A stretch of 64,000 bases of DNA from an uncultured Candidatus Saccharimonas sp. (lineage in GTDB: Bacteria > Patescibacteriota > Saccharimonadia > Saccharimonadales > OMJO01), in NCBI GenBank assembly GCA_943353165.1, contig CALRAM010000002.1, positions 65,716-129,715 on the forward strand, read 5' to 3'. The first letter of the stretch is position 1; each line of letters starts with the position of its first letter. Below, piece after piece: positions 30,768 through 38,894 of this stretch. The position numbers and the translations under genes were made by a program. The notes beneath the pieces were generated by a model, which worked only from the letters and a program-made list of their open reading frames with translations, was not told the origin of the DNA and searched no databases.

Positions 30768-31898
30768 TTATGTGTCTTTTGGTTTGTTTCGGCTGATATA
30801 ATAGTTTATTTTTTCAAAAGCTACTACCTGAATTTGTCTGATTCTCTCTCTAGATACGCCCAATATTTGGGCTACTTCATCTAGAGTTTTTGGGTCTCCA
30901 GAGTCTATCCCAAACCGAAGCTTTAGTATATTTGCTTCCCGTTCGGTCAAAGCTGACATTAGTTGTTCTAGCTGAACGCCAGAGTTTATTTGATCAGTTT
31001 TATGTTCTGTAGAGTCTACTTCTTCGGAAATAATATCGTACAGACTATTTGTATTGTCATCTGTATCAGAGCCAAATGTGCTATCTAATGATTTGGCTGG
31101 TTTTTGCTGGGTATATATCATCAGGGCGTCATTTGCATCTTCTGGGCTTATGCCTAGTTGCATTGATAGCCATTCTACTGTGGGTACTGTGCCTTTTTCT
31201 ATTTTACCGGTGGCAAGGTTGTTCATTTCTATGCTGACAAGCTTGTTTATTGTATTTTTTCTGTGGGGCAAGCGTATCAGGTGCGCGTCGTTTGCTTCGC
31301 TTCGTTCAATTGACTGTTTTATCCACCACGAAGCGTAGGTAGAAAACTTGAAGCCTTTTGACCAGTCAAACTTGGGAATACTACGTATAAGTCCTATTAC
31401 TCCGTTATTGAAATGATCATCACGGTCTACTACGGCCGTAAAAGCAGAGCCAGATCTTTTGCCGACTATGGAGGCTACCAATCTGAGATTTGCATGGACA
31501 GCTTCATTTTCAGCCCAGTCTAATATGGGAGCCACCTGATTCTTTTCGACAATGTTTGAACTGTCATCATCCAACACATCGTGGCCGCTTTTTATCAGAA
31601 AAAACAAACTAGTTTCTTGGGGCCTGTTTAATAGGTCTACGTTTTTTAGGCTGTTCAGGACTTGTCTATAAGAGAAATCGGAAAGATTTAGGTTGCCCCC
31701 TTTGTTTGTGTATTGTTGGGTTCGTTGGGCTTTCAGTTCTTCTGCAACCGACATGTATTCTATCAGAGAATTTTCTCGACGGTCTGGATCCATCAGTCCA
31801 TCAGAAATTTCCATTAAGTGTGCTCTCTGACGAGTCCATTCTTCGTTATATTCTATTTGCGGACGTGGTTCATTTTCTGGGTTGTATTGTGCAGTCAT
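30768..31898 (-). CDS. RNA polymerase sigma-70 family factor (housekeeping-like)
   Basis: Region 2 FSTYASWWIKQSIERS; region 4.2 LDEVAQILGVSRERIRQI; 376 aa. Confidence 0.9.
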   Translation of the reverse strand: MTAQYNPENEPRPQIEYNEEWTRQRAHLMEISDGLMDPDRRENSLIEYMSVAEELKAQRTQQYTNKGGNLNLSDFSYRQVLNSLKNVDLLNRPQETSLFFLIKSGHDVLDDDSSNIVEKNQVAPILDWAENEAVHANLRLVASIVGKRSGSAFTAVVDRDDHFNNGVIGLIRSIPKFDWSKGFKFSTYASWWIKQSIERSEANDAHLIRLPHRKNTINKLVSIEMNNLATGKIEKGTVPTVEWLSMQLGISPEDANDALMIYTQQKPAKSLDSTFGSDTDDNTNSLYDIISEEVDSTEHKTDQINSGVQLEQLMSALTEREANILKLRFGIDSGDPKTLDEVAQILGVSRERIRQIQVVAFEKINYYISRNKPKDT

Positions 31899-32024
31899 TC
31901 TTGAATAGACTATACCATAATATCAAAAAAATACTAGGCCTAAACAAACTTTGCGTTTTTTTGTTTGTAATTGTTAAGGGGGTGGTCAAATAGAGCAATA
32001 CAAGGTATAATCTGTATCTGTTGT

Positions 32025-32101
32025 GGGCTCATAGCTCAGTTGGCTAGAGCACCTGCTTTACACGCAGGGGGTCCTAGGTTCGAGTCCTAGTGGGCCCACC
32101 A
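32025..32101 (+). tRNA. tRNA-Val (anticodon TAC), CCA encoded
   Basis: Hand-folded. Acceptor gggctca/tgggccc, anticodon loop ttTACac, T arm ctagg-ttcgagt-cctag. Confidence 0.9.
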
Positions 32102-32107
32102 GATAAA

Positions 32108-32134
32108 CAGCCGATCATCAAAGGTCGGCTTTTT
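32108..32134 (+). terminator. Intrinsic terminator after tRNA-Val
   Basis: Stem agccga/tcggct followed by TTTTT. Confidence 0.7.
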
Positions 32135-32182
32135 GCATGCCAAAAAGTGTATAATAGGAGCAATAATACAGGACAATTCGCG

Positions 32183-32509
32183 ATGAGCTTGAAGGATTAT
32201 CAAAAACAAATAGACGATATCGTCCAAAAGTACGAAAAACCGTATTGGCATCCATTGAGCCAATTAGCTAGATTGAGCGAAGAAGTCGGCGAGGTAGCCC
32301 GGATATTAAACCACCAGTATGGTGACAAGCCCAAAAAACCGACAGAAGTTCATGCGGAACTAGCGGATGAGCTGGCAGATGTAATGTACACAGTTTTGTG
32401 TTTGGCGAATAGTCAACACATTGAACTGGATAAAGCACTAGAAATATCGATAGCAAAACTAGAAGGACGCGACAAAGATAGGTTTGCAAAAAAATCACCC
32501 ACTACTTGA
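32183..32509 (+). CDS. MazG-like nucleotide pyrophosphohydrolase
   Basis: EEVGEVA ... ELADELADVMYTVLCLAN motifs. ATG at 32183 is chosen because the longer ORF would overlap tRNA-Val. Confidence 0.85.
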   Translation: MSLKDYQKQIDDIVQKYEKPYWHPLSQLARLSEEVGEVARILNHQYGDKPKKPTEVHAELADELADVMYTVLCLANSQHIELDKALEISIAKLEGRDKDRFAKKSPTT

Positions 32510-32548
32510 AGAAAAACAATATTTACAGTAAAATAACAGTGTTAATGT

Positions 32549-32624
32549 GGCTCTTTAGCTCAGTTGGTAGAGCAGAGGCTTGAAGAGCCTTGTGTCCCCA
32601 GTTCGAGTCTGGGAGGAGCCACCA
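32549..32624 (+). tRNA. tRNA-Phe (anticodon GAA), CCA encoded
   Basis: Hand-folded. Acceptor ggctctt/aggagcc, anticodon loop ttGAAga, T arm cccag-ttcgagt-ctggg. Confidence 0.9.
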
Positions 32625-32716
32625 TTCGACTCACTTCGTTCGCTCATGGTGAACCACGTAGAGTTCGACAATCAAACTAAGCTCAAGCGGGCCTACCCGC
32701 CGAAGCTTTAGCGTAT

Positions 32717-32792
32717 GCGGGTGTAGCTCAGTTGATAGAGCGCTTCCTTGCCAAGGAAGAGGCCAGGAGTTTGAGTCTCCTCACCCGCACCA
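32717..32792 (+). tRNA. tRNA-Gly (anticodon GCC), CCA encoded
   Basis: Hand-folded. Acceptor gcgggtg/cacccgc, anticodon loop ttGCCaa, T arm aggag-tttgagt-ctcct. Confidence 0.9.
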
Positions 32793-32800
32793 TATAAAAT

Positions 32801-32825
32801 GCCTCAGCTAGTCTGGGGCTTTTTA
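32801..32825 (+). terminator. Intrinsic terminator after tRNA-Gly
   Basis: Stem gcctcag/ctggggc followed by TTTTT. Confidence 0.7.
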
Positions 32826-32844
32826 TATGGTTTGACGACTCATA

Positions 32845-32967
32845 CTCCTGGCCTCTTCAAAGATAAAATATGGCCAGGATTGCTCGCGAACGCGCCTGTG
32901 GTCGGGAGTTTTTGAGTCTCCTCACCCGCACCATATAAAATGCCTCAGCAAACCTGGGGCTTTTTAT
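32845..32967 (+). pseudogene. Rearranged 3' fragment of tRNA-Gly with a 27-nt insert in the T stem, plus a duplicated terminator
   Basis: An inverted 14-mer of tRNA nt 40-53 (32845-32858), direct ggccagga (32872-32879), then the insert ttgctcgcgaacgcgcctgtggtcggg. T loop, acceptor 3' strand, CCA and terminator follow (32914-32967, matching 32773-32826). Confidence 0.8.
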
Positions 32968-33041
32968 TTGGCGATAGTCTTGTAAAATATGGGATATTAT
33001 AGTATAATCTGTAAATAATTTCATAAGGAAAGAAAATTAAG

Positions 33042-33752
33042 TTGAACCATCCATTATTTGAAAAAATACCAAATGCCAACATGGCCGAGGCTTGTAGCCA
33101 AATGTTTGAAATAGGCGACTACAAATTTGCTACATCTGCAAGTATTACAGAAAAATACGGCGAAACTTTTCCACCTGTTCCCACGGAAATCTTGAGTGTT
33201 GTGGCTTGTTATTTAGAGGAAACGCCGGATGGCGTAACAGCACGCACACAGTTTGCTGGTTTGTCATCCAATATGCCCGAACACTCAGAGATATCTGACA
33301 TATACGAACGCACTATAGGTTTGCTCCAGAGCCAAAGACCGTTGATCGGCAGTATTGTAGAGGGCATACCAGAGTTTCGGGGCGAAACAGGACTAATGAG
33401 ATGGTGCATGGATACCGCCTCAAAAAACGGCAAAAAATTGATGGCTGCCCATATGATAGGTCGTGTCGTCAGCGACGGTGCCATGATAGACACAACAGTA
33501 TACCCAACCGAAATAATGGAGGGCATACCTCTAATAATCAGAAATTCTATGGTCAAACTAAGTATCGAACTGGATAAAAAGGCCAGTGCCGCCGGCTATA
33601 GTTTTGACGAAATAGAAAATTTAAGAGAAATGCTAAAACCAGTCCTGCGAAATGATAGCGAATTAGCCAACCTAAGCGTTGTAGCAGTCAGTGGTTTTCT
33701 GCCAGAAGTGGACAAATTTAGAGAAGTAGTCAAGCTCAGGCTTAGTAAATAG
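33042..33752 (+). CDS. Hypothetical protein
   Basis: 236-aa ORF with a TTG start. No motif recognised. Confidence 0.45.
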   Translation: MNHPLFEKIPNANMAEACSQMFEIGDYKFATSASITEKYGETFPPVPTEILSVVACYLEETPDGVTARTQFAGLSSNMPEHSEISDIYERTIGLLQSQRPLIGSIVEGIPEFRGETGLMRWCMDTASKNGKKLMAAHMIGRVVSDGAMIDTTVYPTEIMEGIPLIIRNSMVKLSIELDKKASAAGYSFDEIENLREMLKPVLRNDSELANLSVVAVSGFLPEVDKFREVVKLRLSK

Positions 33753-33832
33753 GGCAGCTTTAGGCTTTTTTAATCGTTTATGCTATAATATAAGCTAACT
33801 ACCACTTTTGTGGCAGTTTTTTGTTTTAATAG

Positions 33833-34384
33833 GTGTCAGGAAATAAAATGTACGATTTTGAAATAATTAAAGACCCAGTCCTACCAGATAATCCATATCT
33901 GCCGTATTTGTCTGCCGTAGAGGCGGGAGTAGTTTCGCCAGATAGTTTGGTCGCTCAGGACCTTCGTGAGCCGTTGGGTGTTATGTTGGTAAATGGTCAA
34001 ATACCAACGGAGCAAGCTGGGCTGATTTCTGTCGGAGGGTTAATATTTGCCTGCGACCATACATCTGTTATCGATATTGGAAAAGACAAAATATTTCTAG
34101 GCCCTTCGTCAAAAGGGGACATAACTACCAAAGGCGCTATAAAGGATTCCGGCCTGCTGATACTGACCAGACCAAATGGTTTACTGCGAGTTGTCGGTAT
34201 GGCAGTCAACTCTAATCTTAATCCTTGGAGCCATAAACCCAGCAGACCTTTTCAGGGGCTAACGAGGAATGTTTCTATAAATCTGTTTGGAATCGGTTCA
34301 TCAGAGTACGACCCTGTCGATATAGACAAAGACGGAACAATAACTGCAATAAAGCGGGGAAGTGTTTTAAAACTCAGACCGTAG
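33833..34384 (+). CDS. Hypothetical protein
   Basis: 183-aa ORF (GTG at 33833 or ATG at 33848). No motif recognised. Confidence 0.45.
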   Translation: MSGNKMYDFEIIKDPVLPDNPYLPYLSAVEAGVVSPDSLVAQDLREPLGVMLVNGQIPTEQAGLISVGGLIFACDHTSVIDIGKDKIFLGPSSKGDITTKGAIKDSGLLILTRPNGLLRVVGMAVNSNLNPWSHKPSRPFQGLTRNVSINLFGIGSSEYDPVDIDKDGTITAIKRGSVLKLRP

Positions 34385-34458
34385 TTTTAGGCTAAATAAT
34401 AAAAAGGAGAATCGCCCGATCAAGTAACACAATGCGAAATCGCGTATAATAGACAACT

Positions 34459-36120
34459 ATGCTTATATCTGTTGAAATATCTGAAAAGTCCTTTGGAAAC
34501 AAAGTGCTGTACCATGACCTGGATTTTGAAATACAGGTTGGCGAAAAAATAGGCTTGATTGGACGAAATGGTACAGGAAAGTCCACTCTGCTCCATTTGA
34601 TAACCGGTGAAGACACTGACTTTGAAGGCGACATCTCAAAAAAACGCGGCACAGTGGTTATCAGTAGCCGTCAGGAGCATTTTGGACATGAATCAAAGAC
34701 TGTTTTGGAATATATTCAGGGCGACCTGCCAGAATATGCACATTTGACACACATAATAGACACGTATCCTGAAACTATGGGGGATGACCGCAAAAAGATA
34801 CAAGAATTTTCTGATGCGCTGGAGCGTTTTGGTCAATTGGAGTATTACCAGATAGAAGACGAGATAAAACAGGCTTTTGATAGCTACCAAATAGATCCAG
34901 CTAAAATGCATCAATCGGTTGGGTCGTTGAGTGGTGGACAAAAGCGGATGGTGGAACTGATAAAAGTCCAGCGTAGTCGAGGGCATATTGCCCTGATAGA
35001 CGAACCTACGAACCACATGGATTTTGTCGCCAAAGCATCTTTTGTGAAATGGTTGCGGGCCACCCCAGAAGCCGTGTTGGTTATTACTCATGACCGTGAT
35101 GTTCTGGGAGTAGTTGACCGTATACTGGAAATTCGCGACGGTAAATGCTATAGCTTTAGGGGCAATTACGACGCATATTTGAGGGCAAACACTAGCCAGG
35201 TAACAAATCAGGTAAACGAATACGAACTATCGCAAAGACGCATATTGAACCTGGAGGAAGATGTCATTCGTTTTCGGCGTCTAAAGGAAAAATCTAGGAC
35301 TCCTGGAACAATTAGGCGTTTTAAGTCTCAGGAACAAAAGGCAATATCGCAGATAAAAGAGCTCAGCCAAACGGCCAAGCCATCTTTTTGGATTGATCAG
35401 GAATCTGCTAGCGGGATGAACGACAAACTGACAGCCGCTTATGACAAACACAAGACCAAAAACATAAAGGTAACTACCCGAAAAAAAGAAGATTCCAACG
35501 CTGGTCGTTTGCTGATTCAGGCTACAAAAGTTAGTTTGGGCTACGAGGGCTTGCCGTTGTTTGATGATGTTAGTTTTATTCTTCGCGAAGGGGAAAGATT
35601 ACGTTTTCATGGACGCAACGGTGCCGGCAAATCTACATTTGTTCAAGCTATAATGGCCGAAGCAACCGGTGTGCCATTGGCATCACAGTGTTTTGCGGGA
35701 ACAATAGAGATAGCCAAAGAAATAAAAATAGGCCTGTATGAACAAGAGATAAATCCACGCTTTCTAGAGATGACCCTCAATCAAGCATTGGAGCAAATAC
35801 TGGATGAGAAAAAACAACCAGTTAGCGCTCAGAAAATAAAACAACTACTGAGCGACTATCTGTTCAACCCTATGTCTGACGGACAAATGCTAGTATCCAA
35901 CCTGAGTGGTGGCCAAAAAGCCCGAATTCAGTTGATAGCAATGTTAGTGGACGACCCTCAAGTGTTGATATTGGACGAACCAACCAACCACCTGGACTTG
36001 CCTAGTATAGAAGAACTCGAAAATGCGATGCAGGCCTATCATGGGGCCATAATATATATCTCGCACGATAGCTATTTTGCTAAAAAGTTAGCAGGCGATA
36101 CTATTCTGATAGATGGTTAG
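34459..36120 (+). CDS. ABC-F family ATPase (two nucleotide-binding domains, no TM domain)
   Basis: GRNGTGKST / LSGGQKRMVEL / IDEPTNHMD and GRNGAGKST / LSGGQKARIQL / LDEPTNHLD, with a charged linker between. Confidence 0.85.
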   Translation: MLISVEISEKSFGNKVLYHDLDFEIQVGEKIGLIGRNGTGKSTLLHLITGEDTDFEGDISKKRGTVVISSRQEHFGHESKTVLEYIQGDLPEYAHLTHIIDTYPETMGDDRKKIQEFSDALERFGQLEYYQIEDEIKQAFDSYQIDPAKMHQSVGSLSGGQKRMVELIKVQRSRGHIALIDEPTNHMDFVAKASFVKWLRATPEAVLVITHDRDVLGVVDRILEIRDGKCYSFRGNYDAYLRANTSQVTNQVNEYELSQRRILNLEEDVIRFRRLKEKSRTPGTIRRFKSQEQKAISQIKELSQTAKPSFWIDQESASGMNDKLTAAYDKHKTKNIKVTTRKKEDSNAGRLLIQATKVSLGYEGLPLFDDVSFILREGERLRFHGRNGAGKSTFVQAIMAEATGVPLASQCFAGTIEIAKEIKIGLYEQEINPRFLEMTLNQALEQILDEKKQPVSAQKIKQLLSDYLFNPMSDGQMLVSNLSGGQKARIQLIAMLVDDPQVLILDEPTNHLDLPSIEELENAMQAYHGAIIYISHDSYFAKKLAGDTILIDG

Positions 36121-36205
36121 CAAATACCAATAAAATTGGTATTTCGATTAGTTTTTGTTGTTCGCTAGAATGTAACAGCGTACGCTGTTATAATGTAGTT
36201 TGTAT

Positions 36206-36279
36206 GGCGCCTTGGCGGAGTGGTTACGCAGAGGTCTGCAAAACCTCGTACACCGGTTCAATTCCGGTAGGCGCCTCCA
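36206..36279 (+). tRNA. tRNA-Cys (anticodon GCA), CCA encoded
   Basis: Hand-folded. Acceptor ggcgcct/aggcgcc, anticodon loop ctGCAaa, discriminator U. Confidence 0.9.
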
Positions 36280-36293
36280 AAATTAATATATAT

Positions 36294-36379
36294 GGGCGAG
36301 TGGTGGAATGGTTTACACAAAGGACTTAAAATCCTTCCCGCTAAAACGGTTGTGGGTTCGAATCCCACCTCGCCCACCA
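36294..36379 (+). tRNA. tRNA-Leu (anticodon TAA), CCA encoded
   Basis: Hand-folded. Acceptor gggcgag/ctcgccc, anticodon loop ctTAAaa, long variable arm, T arm gtggg-ttcgaat-cccac. Confidence 0.9.
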
Positions 36380-36383
36380 ATAA

Positions 36384-36410
36384 AACTGCCAGATAATGGC
36401 GGTTTTTTTA
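36384..36410 (+). terminator. Intrinsic terminator after the tRNA-Cys/tRNA-Leu pair
   Basis: Stem aactgcc/ggcggtt followed by TTTTTTT. Confidence 0.7.
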
Positions 36411-36442
36411 TTTGCTAGGTGCTATAATGATAGTGTAATTAA

Positions 36443-37009
36443 ATGGAGGTTTATATGTGGATAGCATTAGGAATAATAGTTTTTGTACTACTCGTAGGGG
36501 TATTGATTTATAACGGTCTTGTACGATTAAATGTCCGCGTAGATGAAGCATGGAGCGATATAACTGTCCAGCTAAAACGCCGAGCTGATCTGATACCAAA
36601 CCTGATAAATACTGTAAAAGGATATGCTGCTCACGAAAAAACCGTTTTTGAAAATGTAACTGCGGCTCGTAGCGCAATGCTAAACGTAAAAGGACCTGCA
36701 GAAGCTGGCAAGGTAGAAAATCAGTTTCAACAAACTATGAAGAGTCTGTTTGCAGTTGCCGAAGCCTACCCAGACCTAAAGGCAAACGAGAATTTCAAGT
36801 CTTTACAGGCCGAATTGACAGATACAGAAGACAAGATTCAGGCTGCCCGCAGATTTTATAACGGTTCGGCCAGAGACCTAAACACAAAGATTAAGACTAT
36901 ACCCACTAGTATTTTGGCTAATATGCTGGGCTTTAAGATACGTGAATTTTTTGGCGTAGACGAAACCGAAGCTGCCAAAATCAGCAACCCTACAGATGTA
37001 AAGTTCTAA
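36443..37009 (+). CDS. lemA: LemA family protein
   Basis: N-terminal TM helix, then YNGLVRLNVRVDEAWSDITVQLKRRADLIPNLINTVKGYAAHE, a canonical LemA block. Confidence 0.9.
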   Translation: MEVYMWIALGIIVFVLLVGVLIYNGLVRLNVRVDEAWSDITVQLKRRADLIPNLINTVKGYAAHEKTVFENVTAARSAMLNVKGPAEAGKVENQFQQTMKSLFAVAEAYPDLKANENFKSLQAELTDTEDKIQAARRFYNGSARDLNTKIKTIPTSILANMLGFKIREFFGVDETEAAKISNPTDVKF

Positions 37010-37027
37010 GGCAGAATATTTAGAGAT

Positions 37028-37912
37028 ATGTATAGTGTTATAGCGGCCAACAAACGCAGGACAGTATTTATCATGCTGTTCTTTTTGGCTGTTGTCTGTG
37101 CTCTGAGCTGGATTTTTGGCAAGGCATATTCCCAGCCCTCGATTACACCATTTGTACTATTGGGCGCATTGATTTATGCCCTCATCAGCTATGTGGCTGG
37201 TTCTAGATTGGCATTGGCTGTAAACGGAGCCAAGCAAATAGAAAAACGCGACAATCCAGAGCTTTGGCGTATTATCGAAAATCTGTCCATAACAGAGGGA
37301 ATACCCATGCCAAAAGTTTATGTCATAGACGATCCATCGCCTAACGCTTTTGCTACGGGCAGAGACCCAAATCACTCTGTAGTTTGTGTGACGACTGGCT
37401 TGTTAGACATTATGGACAAAAACGAGATTCAAGGCGTAATGGCACACGAGCTAGGACACATAAAAAACTACGACATCAGGGTCTCGCTGATAGCCTTTGC
37501 ATTAGTGGCTGCTATATCTTTGATAGCAGACATTATGCTAAGGATGGCGTGGTTTGGTGGAGGCAGAGATAACGATAACAACAACAATAACCAGTTATTT
37601 TTTATCCTGGGAATAGTTGCAGCAGTTTTAGCTCCTGTGGTTGCACTATTAATTCAGATGGCCATATCTAGGAACAGAGAATTTCTGGCAGATGCAACAG
37701 GCGCATTAACTACTCGTTATCCAGAAGGTTTAGCTAGTGCACTGGAAAAAATAAAAAAAAGTGGAGTTGCTTTGAAGCGTCAAAACACATCCACTGCGCA
37801 TTTATTTTTTGCCAACCCCTTAAAAGCCAAAGGCTTGATGGGGCTTTTTAGCACTCATCCACCAATCGATGACAGGATAAATAAACTTCGTAGCATGGGA
37901 ACACACGCATAG
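37028..37912 (+). CDS. htpX: M48 zinc metalloprotease HtpX-like
   Basis: HELGHIKN zinc motif, four TM segments, and a C-terminal THPPIDDRI motif. Confidence 0.9.
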   Translation: MYSVIAANKRRTVFIMLFFLAVVCALSWIFGKAYSQPSITPFVLLGALIYALISYVAGSRLALAVNGAKQIEKRDNPELWRIIENLSITEGIPMPKVYVIDDPSPNAFATGRDPNHSVVCVTTGLLDIMDKNEIQGVMAHELGHIKNYDIRVSLIAFALVAAISLIADIMLRMAWFGGGRDNDNNNNNQLFFILGIVAAVLAPVVALLIQMAISRNREFLADATGALTTRYPEGLASALEKIKKSGVALKRQNTSTAHLFFANPLKAKGLMGLFSTHPPIDDRINKLRSMGTHA

Positions 37913-37919
37913 GATTTTT

Positions 37920-38894
37920 ATGGCCAAAAAACATATCAAAACCAAAAAAGTTGCCAAAAAGCCTAATACTGTTTCTCCACGCCGAATAGCGGATCCAAAA
38001 AAAAGGGGCATAAAGTTTCCCAGTCTAAAACGTAGTACAGCCACAAAACCACAACGAAGTACTGTTCCGGCAGCCCGAAAGCTGTTTTGGCAAAGTTTGA
38101 ATCATATTTACAAAAACTGGAAACTCTACGGCGGCATTACTCTGGTTTATTTTATTTTGAGCGTAGTATTGGTCAAAGGATTTGATGCGAACAGTACTCT
38201 GATGACCATAAAGGCTTCTCTAGTAGATCTGACAAGTAGCAAAACAGCTGGCGTATCTACGGGCTTGTCATTGTTTGGGTTTTTGGTCAGCTCTAATGGC
38301 CCGCAAAGCGAGGTAGCCAGTGTTTATCAGATGATGCTGATAACCATCGCCAGTTTAGCCCTGATATGGTCGCTGAGGCAAACATATTCAGATAAAAAGG
38401 TCAAAGCTCGCCAGGCATTTTATGGGGGAATGTACCCTCTAATACCTTTCATATTGGTAGTTTTGGTCATCATATTGCAGACTTTGCCTCTAATGCTAGC
38501 AAACACTCTATACACGGCAGTATTTATTGGCGGACTGGCAGTAAATATAATAGAGCAAATACTGTGGGGCTTGGCGCTGTTTTTGTTGATTTTGAGCAGT
38601 CTTTATATGGTCACGGCATCTATTTTTGGTCTTTATATCGTTACTTTGCCCAATATGACACCGATGAAGGCGTTGCGCACGGCCAAAGGGTTGGTGCGTT
38701 ACAGGCGATGGACTATTATGTGCAAGGTGTTGTTTTTGCCTATGGCACTATTAGTAATGGGAGGAGTTTTGATGGTGCCTATTCTAATATACGCTACGCC
38801 TTTTGCCGAATGGCTGTTTTTTGGACTGACAATCGTTTCTTTGTCAGTCATACATAGCTACCTTTATGCTCTGTATCGAGAGCTTATGGTATGA
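37920..38894 (+). CDS. Hypothetical polytopic membrane protein with a Lys/Arg-rich N-terminus
   Basis: 324 aa with about six hydrophobic helices. ATGA overlap with ligA. Confidence 0.5.
   Translation: MAKKHIKTKKVAKKPNTVSPRRIADPKKRGIKFPSLKRSTATKPQRSTVPAARKLFWQSLNHIYKNWKLYGGITLVYFILSVVLVKGFDANSTLMTIKASLVDLTSSKTAGVSTGLSLFGFLVSSNGPQSEVASVYQMMLITIASLALIWSLRQTYSDKKVKARQAFYGGMYPLIPFILVVLVIILQTLPLMLANTLYTAVFIGGLAVNIIEQILWGLALFLLILSSLYMVTASIFGLYIVTLPNMTPMKALRTAKGLVRYRRWTIMCKVLFLPMALLVMGGVLMVPILIYATPFAEWLFFGLTIVSLSVIHSYLYALYRELMV

Noticed and set aside
32625-32716. A possible degenerate tRNA or a further repeat copy in the tRNA-Phe to tRNA-Gly spacer. It contains ggtgaacc, the gcggg-ccta-cccgc hairpin, and the 11-mer attcgactcac shared with 41913-41923.
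   Set aside because: No cloverleaf can be folded. The similarities are short and may reflect the same repeat family, but they are too weak to call. I note it only as context for the tRNA-locus findings.
37561-37600. A run of aac/aat codons (DNDNNNNNQ).
   Set aside because: It is a low-complexity loop inside htpX between TM segments, with no evidence of function or slippage.
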